A DNA stretch of 64,000 nucleotides from Eledone cirrhosa (lineage: Eukaryota): the NCBI GenBank assembly GCA_964016885.1, contig OZ024743.1, forward strand, positions 262,694,001 through 262,758,000, read 5' to 3'. How positions within the stretch are numbered: position 1 is the first letter of the stretch; every line of letters begins with the position of its first letter. The translations under genes were made by a program, and so were the position numbers. Under the pieces are notes generated by a model. That model was not told the origin of the DNA. It made no database searches and saw only the letters and a list, made by a program, of their open reading frames with translations. Shown here one piece after another: positions 12,140-25,320 of the stretch.

Positions 12140-13012
12140 GTGCTGTGGGCAAGTGCGACGACGCACTCGGAGAGGCTCTGGGAGTCAACGAAGTCGAACT
12201 AACCAGTCTGTACCGGAGGATTTTCGAGCCGGGGACGATGGATAATTTCCAAAAATCCCTCGCTTGGCAGTGCTACCGGGGGGCACTTCCGGTTCGAGAT
12301 AAACTCTACAGGCACGGAAGTGCTGCCAGACGGACCTGCCCGAGATGCGCGCAGAGCGACGAAACCGTTCTGCACGCACTCGTCCAGTGTCCGTGCATTA
12401 CTGACTTGTGGAGTTATGTTGAACAGCTGTTGTCGCGTGTAGAACGGATCCGGCTATCGGCTGATTCCATAGTGAAGATCGACCCGCCGCCTTCTTTTGG
12501 CCAGGAAGGGCAGGCAATTTTCCTCTGTCTGGTGGCAGTAGCGAAAGAGGTTGTATGGTGGACGAGGTTGAAAGGACTGAAGACAGACACTTTTCTCTTC
12601 GGCCAATCCCTCATCAACTGTTTCAAGTTTCACTTGGAAAGGAAGGTGAGGGTGGAGAGAGAAGTGCTGGTCCCCAGTACATTTGCTGAAAGGTGGGTGA
12701 ATGTGGCGAGAATGGCCCGTGTGAGTGGGCCTACTCTGGTCATGCGGCTGTAGGTAGGTAAATTTGAAGAGGAGAGGGGTGCCCTTCCAGGGTTCTCTCG
12801 AAGCGTCGGGTCGTTCAGGACTGGTGGGGTACCTGAGCGAACCCTAGGTGGTCATCCCCCCTATTGGGGAATTTTTTCTTGTAATTTTCTTGTTACTTTG
12901 TTATTGTTACTTTGTTTATTCATATTGTTTACTCGATTTTTCTGTAAAACCCCACTGTCCCAGTCTTTTGTATTGTCCCCTATATGTCGGCCCTTGTGGC
13001 CAATAAATGAAA
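12140..13012 (+). mobile_element. 3' end of an L1/Tx1-clade LINE (zf-RVT CCHC domain and 3' UTR)
   Basis: WQCYRGALPVRDKL..CPRC..ETVLHALVQC..W; aataaa at ~13002 followed by (att)n. Confidence 0.85.
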
Positions 13013-13054
<42 letters not shown>

Positions 13055-13559
13055 TTTTAAATTTTGCCGTCTTGTATCGCTGTCAACTTAATAATATTTT
13101 TTATTTTTATTTTTTTTAAATTTTATTAATCCTTAATTTTTATTTGCTTATTTGTATGTGACGGCCTACTATGATTATTTATTCTTATTTGTGTGTGCAT
13201 ATGTATCCTTTTATATGTAAGTACGTATGCATGTGTGTATATATGTGTGTATGTATGTGTGCGTATATGTGTATGTGTATATATGTGTATATATATATGT
13301 ATGTGTGTGCATGTATATATATGTGTTGGTGTGTTTATGTATGGATATGTATATATATATATATATGTGTGTGTATATGTGTCCCTGTGTATATATATGT
13401 GCATATATGCGTGTATATATGTATATGTATATATGTGTGTATATGTGAGTGTGTGTGCGTGAGTGTGTGTACGTGTGTGTTGTTATATATTCTTATTTAT
13501 TATTCCCCCCCCCCTTTTTTTTCCTCCAGCCTCACTTTCATATCTGTAATATTTTTGTT

Positions 13560-13743
13560 TTCAAATCCACTGTCAATAAAGACACCAGCATTTTTTCATT
13601 CTGATAAATGAAAGCAACTTTGGTTGCTTTCAAGAAACCACTGGTAAATGAAATAATTATCTTATGTTGTTTATTACATAACTAATAAGCTCTGTAATTT
13701 ACATAGAGCACTCTTTTTTCCTGAACCTTTCCGACGGAATTAC
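13560..13743 (+). mobile_element. PLE pLTR fragment with degenerate HHR (CUGAUAA core) and tail
   Basis: tttcatt CTGATAA atgaaagcaac tttg gttgctttcaa GAAAC cactg GTA aatgaaa; homologous to 16317-16515. Confidence 0.6.
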
Positions 13744-13799
13744 ATATATATATATATATAAATATAATTATATATATATTTATATATATATATATATAT

Positions 13800-15410
13800 T
13801 AATAAAAGGAATTCCAACTTTGTCTGATTTACTCGTTTTATTTACAATCCTTTAAAATTATAATGGTAATAGAATGAAATAGTAGAATATTAAATGTTAA
13901 GGGTTAATTGAACAAGTACTTTCATGCTTTTGCAATCTTCAGGTCATATTCTTTGGTGACAGTCAAGTTTGCAATTTTCAACTGTAATGAGATGGGTAAA
14001 TTTGGTGCCTTATGAAATAGCATTTTCTAGTAATCATCACCATCAACATAACTTTTATTATTTATTATTGTTCATTTAGCTTGGGTTGGAATTTATAACT
14101 AAAATTCTTTTCTTTGATTTTTCTCTTGATTTCACTTGGGCTGTGTAATTTGTAGAATGGAAATATTATAAATATTTTCTGACTACATGTTGCTAGATGG
14201 TTACTCAGGGGTATCTGCCGGACATTTGGGTCTCTAATTTGCTGTCGGTGCACCCGTGCACGTTCCGATAGTGCATTTCCAGTTTGACCGACATATAGTT
14301 CTTCACAATTCGGGCATTTAATGCAGTAAATTAGATTTCTGCTTTTGCAGTTCATATTTGCATTTGGGAATATTTTCCCAGTTTTTGTGTTCATATATTG
14401 ACCGGTGTGTATGGATTGCCATGTGCCACATCGACTATCATTGCATTTAGATGATTGGTCTTTGTTGTTAAGGTCAAACTTTGCTTTTGTTAGTAATTGA
14501 TTCAAATTTTTCGGCTGTCTTTTACTAAGAGTCAAAGATCGGTCTGTAATTCATTACTTTGAGCAATGATCGGTAGGTTTACTTCGGCAGTGTTGAAGAT
14601 ATTCTGGTGACATGGGTTGTGTGTCATTATAAATGGTATGACCAGTTCTTGGTTTCTTCTTCCTTGGGTTGTCCTAAGTTGTTGTATAGGTATTTTTATA
14701 GCCCGCCGTATGCCATTTTCTATAAGTAGAGATGGGTATTTTTATTGAGCAAAAATTCTCTCAGTTCTGTTAGGCGTTGTTTGTTCCTGGTATTCGTATC
14801 TTCTACAATGGTACAAATTCTTCTGGTTAGGCAGTATGGGATGTTGCGTTTTGTATGAGGTGGATGGCATGACTTAAAATTCAGATATTGATGGGTGTCT
14901 GTTTATAATATATATCCATGGTAATGGTGGTGTCGTTTTTGATTACCATTATATCTAGGAATGGTAATTTGGTACTACTCATCTCTTTTGTGAATTGGAG
15001 AGATGGGTGAAGGTTATTCAGTAGGATATTGAACTCACCCAGAGTATCTAGAGATTCTGTCCAGATAATGAAACAGTCGTCAAGGTATCTCTTCCAAGAT
15101 TTTTCAATGTACTTTCTAAAGTCAGTGCTATATTTTTCCTCTATTTCTTGGTAGAGTTGTTGTTCTAAGTACCCCATTACAGAGTTCGCGTAAACGGGAG
15201 CAAACTTCGTTCCCATCGCTGTGCCTCTAATTTGGATGTAATTCTTTCCATTGAAGAAGAAAGTGTTGTTTTCCAGAATAAGTTTGACTGCGTCTAATAT
15301 AAATAGCGCTGTGAATCTGGTGGGAATCACTTCTCTATGTTTTTCGACCCAGTATTTAACCGCATTTATTCCTAAATCATGTGTAATGTTGGTGTAAAGG
15401 CTTACCACAT
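13800..15410 (-). mobile_element. 5'-truncated Penelope/Poseidon-type element (RT + GIY-YIG + pLTR)
   Basis: SLYTNI, GTAMGTKFAP, RYLDD, LPFLD; NCKSRNLIYCIKCPNC..YVGQT; frameshifts. Confidence 0.93.
13908..13947 (-). ncRNA. Minimal hammerhead ribozyme in the 3' pLTR
   Basis: revcomp atgac CTGAAGA ttgc aaaa gcat GAAA gtac TT gttcaat; palindromic AAGTACTT. Confidence 0.6.
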
Positions 15411-15445
15411 CAAAACGAAGTTTGCTCCCGTTTACGCGAACTCTG

Positions 15446-16277
15446 GAGGAGGAGGGCTACGTTTCATACAAGATGAGGAAAGGACAATTTCTGTCAAAAG
15501 CGATGCAAGAAGAGCGACTGAAGCACGCAAAGAAGCTGATCAACAAGTTGAAACACCCACTGGAGCCAGACATGCTGTGGTTTTTCTCCGACGAGAAAAA
15601 CTTCTGCCAAAACCAGAAGATCAACTCCCAGAACAACAGGTGGCTCGCTGTCTCATCCAAAGACGTGCCCAGAGTCATGCAGACAAAGTTTCCAGCGACA
15701 ACATTGGTCTTAGGTGTCGTCAGCAATCAAGGTGACGTCATGCCACCTCACTCTTCCCTGAGGGCCTCAAGCTGAACACCGATAGTTACATCCGCGTTCT
15801 GAGCGAGGTAGTAAAGCCCTGGATCGACCAGGTAGCTGCAGGTATGCCGTACGTGTGGCAGCAAGACTCAGCGCCCTGCCATACCAGCCGAAAGACCCAA
15901 GCCTGGTTGTCAGAGAACTTCGTCGACCTCACTTCACCTGACATCTGGTCCCCCAGCTCGCCTGACTGCAACCCGCTCAACTTCCTTGTGTGGGGCGCAT
16001 TAGAACGAGACACCAACAGATATAGCTGCAATACGAAAGATGATCTGAAGGCCAGGATCACAAGTGCCTCTAGGGCACTTGTGATCCTGTCGGGGGACAG
16101 TGACGAAGGCCTGTAGCCGGTTCCGAGGCCGCCTTGAGGCCGTCATCAAAGCCAATGGCGGGTTTATCGAGTAAGATCGAAAGAACAAGTCATGAAGACA
16201 AACTGACCCAAGTTTGCTAAATATACCTTAAAAAATAAAACTACTGTGTTACTTTTTCTAGACAGTAATCTTGCGAA
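15446..16277 (+). mobile_element. Tc1/mariner DD37D (maT-like) transposon, 3' half
   Basis: WFFSDEKNF; QQDSAPCH followed by 37 aa to SPDCNPL(N), third Asp mutated; ends ccgcaccatg|TA. Confidence 0.88.
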
Positions 16278-16316
16278 CAAATATCGTCCGCACCATGTAT
16301 ATATAAATATTAAGTG

Positions 16317-16511
16317 TTTCCGTAGGAAAGGTAAAGGAAAGGAGAGTGCTCTATGTATGCTACAGAGCTATTTAGTTATGTAATAAACAACATAAGACAA
16401 TTATTTCATTTACCAAAGGTTTCACGAAGACAGACGAGCTTGACACAGATGCCAGCCTTCGTGAAACCTTTGGTAAATGAAATAATTGTCTTATGTTGTT
16501 TATTACATAAC

Positions 16512-16518
<7 letters not shown>
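16317..16518. repeat. pLTR-derived inverted repeat (arms ~16369-16428 / 16456-16518) with tail
   Basis: tttaccaaaggtttcacgaag..27 nt..cttcgtgaaacctttggtaaa. Confidence 0.85.
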
Positions 16519-16573
<55 letters not shown>

Positions 16574-16818
16574 TATATATACAAATATAATTTCAGCGAG
16601 ATCGTATTTCGGCGGTGGCCAAAAACAAAGCGAAAGCAATCCTCGAGATATGTGGCAAGCGCTCAATGAACTAAAAGAAGACCAGAGCAATTAACATACG
16701 TTATAGAGGCCAGACAAAATGAAAACGGTGGTCGTGAGGCCATCAGCAACCGGAGCCAAAACAACGAAGCAAGCTGAACAGGTTAACAAAAGAATTTTGA
16801 AGTATAATTATATATATA

Positions 16819-16902
<84 letters not shown>

Positions 16903-16907
16903 TATAT

Positions 16908-17334
16908 ATTTAAGTATCAGCCGTACTAAGAGTGAGAAATGAAATTTCATTTTTTCCATTTATCGTTTTCGGTTCGCCCGGTCGACTAACGCACTCGATA
17001 TGCAAATTAGGCTGCTCAGCCGTTAATATGCATAAGGAAAGTATATACTTTCAAACGTTCAATCAACTGACATGAAGGTATACGGTGCTGATGACAGATA
17101 ATAACCTAGAAACTAGTTCATCGTTCCTTTGTCAATGTTGAACAAAAGGCAACGACGGTTGCCGAACACTGTACGGCTAATAATTCGGGCTGTTTGTTTA
17201 CAAACAAACCGAGCATTATAATAAATGTTCGGTAAACCCATACGTACATATATATATGTATGTATATACATACTACTGTACGTCTGTATACATATATATA
17301 TGTACTAAGAGTGAGAAATGAAATTTCATTTTTT

Positions 17335-17338
<4 letters not shown>
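16908..17338 (+). mobile_element. Non-coding HHR-bearing repeat unit (retrozyme-like family C)
   Basis: gtactaagagtgagaaatgaaatttc repeated at ~16923 and ~17302; homologous to 23590-24105; flanked by (TA)n. Confidence 0.8.
17082..17124 (+). ncRNA. Minimal hammerhead ribozyme
   Basis: acggtg CTGATGA cag..cta GAAA ctag TT catcgt. Confidence 0.75.
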
Positions 17339-17369
<31 letters not shown>

Positions 17370-17407
17370 TATATATATGTATATATATGTTGGTAGATAT
17401 ACTAATT

Positions 17408-17460
<53 letters not shown>

Positions 17461-17497
17461 TATATATATATGAGAAAAATCACAGACCCTCCAAATC

Positions 17498-17653
17498 AAC
17501 TGCGAAACCGGTAAAAGAACCAAATAAATATATATATATTTTTAAATAAAACTCCAGTTGCATTTTCGAATTCATCTTTATTTCTTTATACTTTCACTCG
17601 TGTACGACACCTCGGTTATTTTTCATTTTGTAAAAAAAACCTCACTTTCTAAT
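17498..17653 (+). mobile_element. pLTR-like fragment beginning inside an HHR (second copy 30520-30690)
   Basis: aactgc GAAA ccgg TA aa.gaacc..cctcactttctaa(TA)n in both copies. Confidence 0.6.
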
Positions 17654-17662
17654 ATATATATA

Positions 17663-17852
17663 ATTGTTTCTACTTTTGGCACAAGGCCGGCAATTATCCC
17701 AGTGTATTACTGGTACTTTATTTTATCGACCCTTTAAGGATGAAAGGCAAAGTTAACCTCGGTGGGATTTGAACTCAGACCATAAAGGGCCGTAGCTCTT
17801 TGCTGCAAAGCATGACATCCGACCCTCTACCGATACTGCCAATCCACCGCCC
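17663..17852 (-). mobile_element. SINE family A
   Basis: Reverse-complement homolog of 8511-8695. Confidence 0.88.
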
Positions 17853-17885
17853 TATATATATATAATTATATATATAATTTTATAT

Positions 17886-18260
17886 AAGGCGATGACACAC
17901 GACCGTGTCTGGCGTCACACAGTAATACAGCGTACCCGACCTCCCATGGGTACAAGCTGAAGCATATAGACAATATGCCCCCACACCCTCCCACTGCAAA
18001 GTGGTCGTGGAGGTGCCACGGCAAAAAAGCACCCAGCCCATACTGTAAAGTGGACGTGTAGGCGCCACGGAGAAAAGCACCCAGCACTCACTGTAAATGA
18101 GGTTGGTGTTAGGAAGGGCATCCAGCTGTAGAAATCAAGCCAAAATCAGTTCCTGTATGAGCAAAGCATGGTCAGCCGACCAGACACTGCCCACAACAGG
18201 ACAACCCGTCTAACGCATGCTAGCATGGAAGAACGGACGTAAAACGGTGATGATGATGAT
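17886..18260 (+). mobile_element. Non-autonomous bipartite RTE derivative
   Basis: RTE 5'UTR-like ggtgttaggaagggcatccagc plus RTE-type 3' end gcatggaa..cggacgtaaaa(tga)n. Confidence 0.7.
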
Positions 18261-18397
18261 ATAAGCAAATAGATATTTAATTTGTTGGTTATTCAACAAA
18301 TTTATTTATAACAGATTCGAAGCACTCTACAAAATTATTCTGGAGTATAATATCAATGATATTAATACATGGAAACTATCTTTATAAAACCATATTT

Positions 18398-18456
18398 ATT
18401 TTATTATATATATTTCAAGGGTACCAAAATTTTTGTACGCCCTCATCAGATAAAAT
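18398..18456 (-). ncRNA. Type I hammerhead ribozyme in pLTR 18262-18530
   Basis: revcomp attttat CTGATGA gggcgtac..gtaccctt GAAA tatata TA ataaaat. Confidence 0.8.
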
Positions 18457-18527
18457 ACAAAAATTGTTTTATAAATATTGACATATCCAGAAACAAGAAC
18501 TTATCGTTTTAAGTTCATTTTGGATAA

Positions 18528-18567
<40 letters not shown>

Positions 18568-18572
<5 letters not shown>

Positions 18573-18945
18573 GTTAGAGCATTGGCCTTGCAATCGAAAG
18601 GTTGAGTTCAATTCTCACACCGGGTAATGTGTTGTTTCCTTGAGCAAGACACTTTATTTCACATTGCTCCAGTTTACTCAGCTGTAGAAATGAGATGATA
18701 GGGACTGGGGTCCATATCATTCCACTGCAAAGTGGTCGTGGAGGTGCCATGGCAAAAAAGCACCCAGGTCACACTGTAAAGTGGACGTCTAGGCGCCACG
18801 GAAAAAAAAAGCACCCAGCACTCACTGTAAAAATGAGGTTGGTGTTAGGAAGGGCATCCAGCTGTAGAAATCAAGCCAAAATCAGTTCCCATCCCACCCT
18901 TGCAAGCAGGGAAAAGCGGACGTAAAATGATGATGATGATGATGA
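18568..18945 (+). mobile_element. tRNA-headed SINE family B with RTE-derived body and tail
   Basis: tagtggttagagc..gagttcaattc; ccttgagcaagacac; tail cccacccttgcaagcagggaaaagcggacgtaaaa(tga)n. Confidence 0.85.
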
Positions 18946-18955
18946 TATATACATG

Positions 18956-19320
18956 CATGAGGGATGACTGAACATTTTTGAGCCTCCAAGAAACAGTAAC
19001 ATATACAAATATTTTCTTGTTTTATTTTTCAACATAGTTTTCCTTTGAATCGACACACTCCTTCCACCAGAGTGCCTGGATCCACTGAAGTAGAACTCCT
19101 TTGTTTGGTCCTCCAGCTAGGTGTCCTAAGCATCCATGGCATCATCTGTGGCACAGTGTTGTTTGGCCATATCTTTTTTCACGTTTGGGAACAGGTGAAA
19201 GTTGGAGGATGCGATGTCTGGTATGTATGATGGAGGAGGGATGAGTTGGAACCCACAGTAACTGATTGTTGCCATTGCCACTATGAAGTATGGGCAGGAG
19301 CATAGTCATGAGCATCCTTC
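18956..19320 (-). mobile_element. Decayed mariner remnant
   Basis: TIR-like gagggatgactgaacatttttgagcct; minus-strand remnant resembling HxPYxP.IAxSxF.LF.NVK. Confidence 0.5.
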
Positions 19321-19734
19321 TGCATAGCTTAGGGAGCCACGTCTGTCCCGTGCTTATTTATTTTATTGAGTTTTGAGTCACTGGCCTCCTAGCTGAGTTG
19401 GCTTCGTCCTGGCTTATGGAATACATATCTGTTTCATGCAGTCTTGTTTTGTTTTATGTGTAGTAACCTTTCTCCCACATGGACAGTATTATCAGGCAAT
19501 CATGTTTTAAAAATTTATTCTGAGTGACAGCACCTCCCATTGGGGATAGCATGCTTGTCAGACGGAACCCTCATCCATCATTCTCAGTGTAGTTGCAAGC
19601 TGCAGGATGAGCTGCCATGTTGCATATTACAGGAGCAGAATGCTGTAATATGGTGTAGGTTGCCAGATTAATACAATGCTAGTTTGAATGTTAAGGTTGT
19701 CAGATTCATGGCAGCACAGTAATATATATATATA

Positions 19735-19766
<32 letters not shown>

Positions 19767-19769
19767 TGT

Positions 19770-20352
19770 GTGTTGGTGCACTGAAATAGCGATGTATATA
19801 TGAATGTACATATTGTATATTTAATAATATACTGCATGTTTATTTAAAAACTTTGAATTTAAGGTAGCGACTATAGTCACATACCTAGCTTCAGTAAAGA
19901 CAGGGGGAGCTAGGTATGTGACTATAGTCGCTACCTTAAATTCATAGGGAAAGGTCTTCAAAATGTTTTTAAATAAACATACAGTATATCATTAAATATA
20001 CAATACGTACATTCATATATACATCACTATTTCAGAGCACCAACACAAATTTCTAATTGTTGCTGGGCCGGCAACTGCTCTGTATGTTAATGAGTTTAAA
20101 CAGCTCATAAACATAATTGGTATTCTATAAGAATCCAGCTTCTACAGCTCACAGCAAAAACAGAGGCAATATATAGCCTTGATAAGCGCTAAACAACGAG
20201 AAACGATTGATTGAGGTTATTTCACTTTGTCTTCGCTGAAGCTAGGTATGTGACTAGAGTTGTTACCTTAAATTCATAGCAAAAGGCTTTTGAAATGTTT
20301 TTAAATAAACATACAGTATATTATTAAATATACAATATGTACATTCATATAT
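19770..20352. repeat. Inverted plus partial-tandem ~325-bp non-coding unit
   Basis: agctaggtatgtgacta.agt.g.taccttaaattca at ~19908 and ~20240, inverted at ~19854-19890. Confidence 0.8.
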
Positions 20353-20367
20353 ATATATATATACATA

Positions 20368-22955
20368 GTTTTGCTAGATGACGAGACAGAGGCACAGTTC
20401 ACCATAGCTAGAAATAAGATTAGACAAATAGTAGACCGGTATACTAAGAGACAAAGCAGACCAGAGGTCCAACAACTTGGGAGGGAACCTGTAGAAGGCT
20501 TGGTTAGCCTCAAGCAGCGCACAAGGGATGGTGAGGTAGTATGTCTACCCACGGATAAGTCTGGTAGGATGTCAATAGACAGCATGCCGAACTACATCAA
20601 GACTATGCAACCCCACATCAACAACACGAGCGAAATTGCACACCAAATACATGAGGGGAGAGAGAAAATCCTCAACGATCACATGATGATGTGGACCGAC
20701 ATCCTAAAGCCAAGCAGACGCACTGCCAACAACTTCCAGGCGTCTAACAATGGCATACCACCCTTGTATGGGCTCCGCAAAGACTATTAGACAGTTGACG
20801 ACCCGACGACAGGACCACCAACAAGACCTGTATGCGGAGCCAATATCGCTAGCAACTACAGGATCTCCTACTTCCTCTCAATGGTTATACGCCCCATAGT
20901 CAAGATGTCCCCAGATGTATGTGACAGTACAGAGGACCACCTCAGCAGAATCAGTGAGTGCAACAAAAACAAAAACCTATCCAACTGCATAATAGGCAGT
21001 TTGGATGTGGTATCACTGTACCCATCCATTAACATTGATTTTGCTGTGGAAAAATGTGTGGAGATGATCATTGAGAGTGAGGTAGAGTTCTGCAACGTCA
21101 ACACAGACGAACTGGGTCTCCTATTTAGACTTACCTATGACACTGACTACCTAGACAGCCATGACCTTAAACGTTTCTACCCCAGTAGACACATAAGAGG
21201 TAGACCCCTCACCAAAACTTCAATGGCAAAAAAGACTCCCATGGGAAGGTGGATTGGGTGGACCAAAGCTATACGGACCCCCCAAAACAATGATCAGGTA
21301 AGAAAAATGGTCGCACATGCAATAGGGGCTAGTATCAAAAACTACCCTAAAGGGCCATATATTCAAATTTAATGAGAAGATCTACACCCAAAATGAGGGA
21401 GCAGCCATTGGCGTCAGCATAGCTGGTGACGTTGCCAACCTTTTTATGGTATGGTGGGGAAGGAGACTTAAAGATCTCCTTGATGAGAGCTCCAGAGACC
21501 TCATCATGTACTCTCGTTACGTAGACGATATCAATATAGTTATAAGAACATCCCCACAAGAGAGCACTAACAAGTTTGATTTAGAACGTAGCACAATGGA
21601 AAGCATCCAGCAGATATCTAATTCCATACACCAGAGTATAACTGTAACTATCGACTACCCTTCCAAACACCCTAACAATAGACTACTTGTATTAGACATG
21701 GAACTCTGGATTAACACTATAGACGAGAGAGCCCAAATTCTCCACTCACACTACGCTAAACCCATGGCCTCCAAATACTTGAATCTCAAAAACTCAGCAA
21801 TGTCCAGTAGTGTTAAGTTTAATATTCTGATCGCAGACTTGGTACGAGTGATGAAGAACGTGTCCCGCATGTGCGACCCAACAGAAATGGAAAGACACAT
21901 CCAACACTTCATCAACCGCATGCAGTTCTCTGGCTACAACCAAAGAGACAGAATCAGAGTATACGAAGGAGCCACGGAGAAGTATAAGACCCTCATAGAA
22001 CTGGACATGAAAGGAATTTTCCCATTATACAGGAGCAAATCATGGAATAGCTTAGAAAGGACTAAACATAAGATAGGGAAAGCCACCTCATGGTACGACA
22101 ACCAGAGATATCAGAGTGTCATGTTTGTGGACGCTACCCCTGGAGGGAAATTAGCTAACCAATGTAGAAAAGCGCTGAGAAAGACCCACTTAAAGATTAA
22201 GGTGGTAGAAAAGCCAGGAACCACCATAAAATCCCTGATCAGCAAAACCTACCCTTTTAAGAAAACCCACTGTACTAATAGGAAATGTATTATATGTAAA
22301 GTTAACCCCCAGATAAACTGTAAAACTAGAAACGTAGTCTATAGCATAAGATGTACAGAGGGTACTTGCAGAAACATGACAACAACATACATAGGCGAGA
22401 CAGCTCGTAGCATAGGTGAAAGGATAGATCAACACTGGGGAGAATTAAAAGGACGAAAAAACGGTTCAGTACTATACGAACATGACGGTAACATAGACAA
22501 CATAGAAATTAAAATAATATCTAAACATAGAAATGACCCAGCAGATAGGCAAATCAGAGAGGCCAGCGAAATAAAACTTAGACGGCCAAAGCTAAACAGA
22601 AAAAATGAATGAAATAACAACAACACCCAAACAAACAATACTGACCTAAGAGAAGTATAAATAAATAAATAAATAAATACATACACAAGAACAATAACAA
22701 CAAACACATATAAACACACACTAGTAAACTAAGACAGAATACAATAACCAATACACACTCACCCAAACGCGAACACACATCAAACACTATACACACACGC
22801 AAACGCATGCACAGAGAAGAAGACAAAAATAAATAAATAAATAAATAAACCGATTAAATAAAGATGGCGTAGACATACAATACAACAAGAGGAAACACAA
22901 TAGCACCACTGACGATGTTGCAGATGTGCAACGAAAGAACTTTGTTAGACTATAT
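20368..22955 (+). mobile_element. 5'-truncated PLE, probably Naiad-like clade (RT + GIY-YIG + pLTR)
   Basis: TDKSG, PPLYGLRKD, PTRPVCGA, SLDVVSLYPSI, GAAIG, RYVDD, MFVDATPGGKLA, IKVVEKPG, CKTRNVVY..YIGETAR; stop at 20788-20790 and frameshift near 21340. Confidence 0.9.
22900..22953 (+). ncRNA. Probable hammerhead ribozyme at the 3' end of the Naiad-like PLE
   Basis: CTGACGA t gttgca gatg tgcaac GAAA gaac TT; stem I imperfect. Confidence 0.55.
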
Positions 22956-23136
22956 ATATGTGTTTGTGTCTATATTATATCTGTATTTTTGACCGTTGGT
23001 CAGTCAATGGTAAACATTGAAGACCGAATAAATTAAATTAACTGATATAAAAGATACAGAAGCGAAAACCAACCAAACAGTGAGTGTGTTCTGTTATTAA
23101 TTCTGGCAATATTATTACACAAATATGACCCTCCCC

Positions 23137-23274
<138 letters not shown>

Positions 23275-23277
23275 AAT

Positions 23278-24107
23278 GTATACGTACATACATATATGTA
23301 TACAGACGTACAGTAGTATGTATATATATATATATACATGCACGCATATATATATATGTACGTATGGATTCACCGAACATTTATTATAATGCTCGGTGTG
23401 TTTGTAAACAAACATCCCGAATTAAGCCATACAGTGTTTAGCAACCATCGTTGCTCATTTATTCAACACTGACAAAGGAACGCTGTATTAGTTTCAAGCT
23501 TATTAGCTATCATCAGCAACGTATATCTTCCTGCCAGATGGCTGAACGTCTGAAAGTATATACTTTCCTTATGCATATTAACGGCTGTATACATATATGT
23601 ATGTACGTATACATACTTATATTTAAGTAACAGCCGTACTAAGAGTGAGAAATGAAATTTCGTTTCATTTTTTTCCGTTTATCGTTTTCGGTACCCCGGC
23701 CGATTAACTCACTCGATATGCAAATTAGGCTGTTCAGCCGTTAATATGCATAAGGAAAGTATATACTTTCAGACATTCAACCATCTGGCAGGAAGGTATA
23801 CGTTGCTGACGATAGCTAATAAGCTTGAAACTAGTACAGCGTTCCTTTGTCAGTGTTGAACAAATGAGCAACGATGGTTGCTAGACACTGTACGGCTTAA
23901 TTCGGGATGTTAGTTTACAAACACACCGAGCATTATAATAAATGTTCGGTGAATCCATAAGTACATATATATATGTGTGCATATATGTATATATACATAC
24001 TACTGTACGTCTGTATACATATATGTATGCACGTATACATACTTATATTTAAGTAACAGCCGTACTAAGAGTGAGAAATGAAATTTCGTTTCATTTTTTC
24101 CGTTTAT
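23278..24107. mobile_element. Retrozyme-like family C: inverted copy (23278-23587) plus ~1.2 tandem units (23588-24107)
   Basis: ~426-bp period (ttaagtaacagccgtactaagag at ~23623 and ~24049); HHRs at 23480-23522 (-) and 23800-23842 (+). Confidence 0.85.
23800..23842 (+). ncRNA. Minimal hammerhead ribozyme
   Basis: acgttg CTGACGA tagct aata agctt GAAA ctag TA cagcgt. Confidence 0.78.
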
Positions 24108-24184
<77 letters not shown>

Positions 24185-24559
24185 AAGGAAACACGAAATT
24201 AATAAACAAAAGGATGCAATAACATGATGTGTATAGATTCACGCTTGGAGAAAGAAGAATGAGTTACATAGTCAATGTATTGGGCATTTGCCCTTCGTCA
24301 GGAATAACATAAAAGGAAAATAGCAAACAAAATAACGTTAAAGAATAAAAAAAAATGTATATGTATATATTTTTAGTAAGGTTTTGCTTAACTGGCTTGT
24401 TTCATTCACACCATGGTTGTTTAAAGAGATTCAGCAGCATTTCAAAATGAAATGAAGTGTAAATTTGTTTAGTAAAATAATAACACAGGCATCATAACAT
24501 AACCAGATACTATATTTGGATGTATAATGTTAATGTGCAAGAATGTTAACGTATGGATG

Positions 24560-24845
24560 AACTGAGGAAGAAACTGGGTATAAGGGGAATCAGAAATCGT
24601 GTGCAGGAGAGGAAACTGTGTTGTTATGGACATATGATGTGCAGGTAATCCCAGCGTGAGGAAACCACAGTTGAGGAAGACCAAAGAAGAGTTGGATGGA
24701 AGTGGTGAGAGCTGATCTAAGATTGCTGAAGCTCACGGAGGAGATGACATAGGAACTCGACAAGTAGAGAGATGCTATACTGAGAAAGACCTATCCAACC
24801 CATGCAAGTGTGGAACAACAGGCATAAAATGATGGTGATGATGTT
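24560..24845 (+). mobile_element. Decayed RTE 3' fragment
   Basis: Homologous to 30130-30480. Confidence 0.75.
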
Positions 24846-25251
24846 GACGTTTTTACACGTGTATGTGTTTAAGTGTATATATGTATGTCATTTAATTAAG
24901 TGGCCTCTTCTTAACAACGGTGTACTACTAGCAAAGTGCTTGTATACACTCTGCTACACACTCACACATATATTTGCATATATGTATCTGCTTGTCAATA
25001 TATGTGCGTGGAAGTGTGTTGCGCTTGTGTATATAGCCCATATAAATGATTGTGTATGTGTGTGTGGGTATATGTATATATATAAAGAGCTTTTCCACCT
25101 TCAAGTATGTACTTTTTCCTAAATATTATATGCTTTATATATATATGTGTACAAAATACTGTTTCTGTAATGAAATATGGCTCTTTCTCTGTATGTATAT
25201 ATATATATATATATATATATAAGATCAAAAGATGGTTAAAAGAGTTCCAAG

Positions 25252-25320
25252 TATTTTATTATGCGCATTTCAAAAACAAATATCATCATGAGATGATATC
25301 CGTTTTCATCAGATAAAATA
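25252..25320 (-). ncRNA. Type I hammerhead ribozyme
   Basis: revcomp tattttat CTGATGA aaacggatatcatc tcat gatgatatttgttttt GAAA tgcgca TA ataaaata. Confidence 0.85.

Noticed and set aside
24270-24310. HHR-like CTGACGA agggc aaat gccc on the minus strand
   Set aside because: GAAA is mutated to AATA and stem I is lost; a dead relic at best
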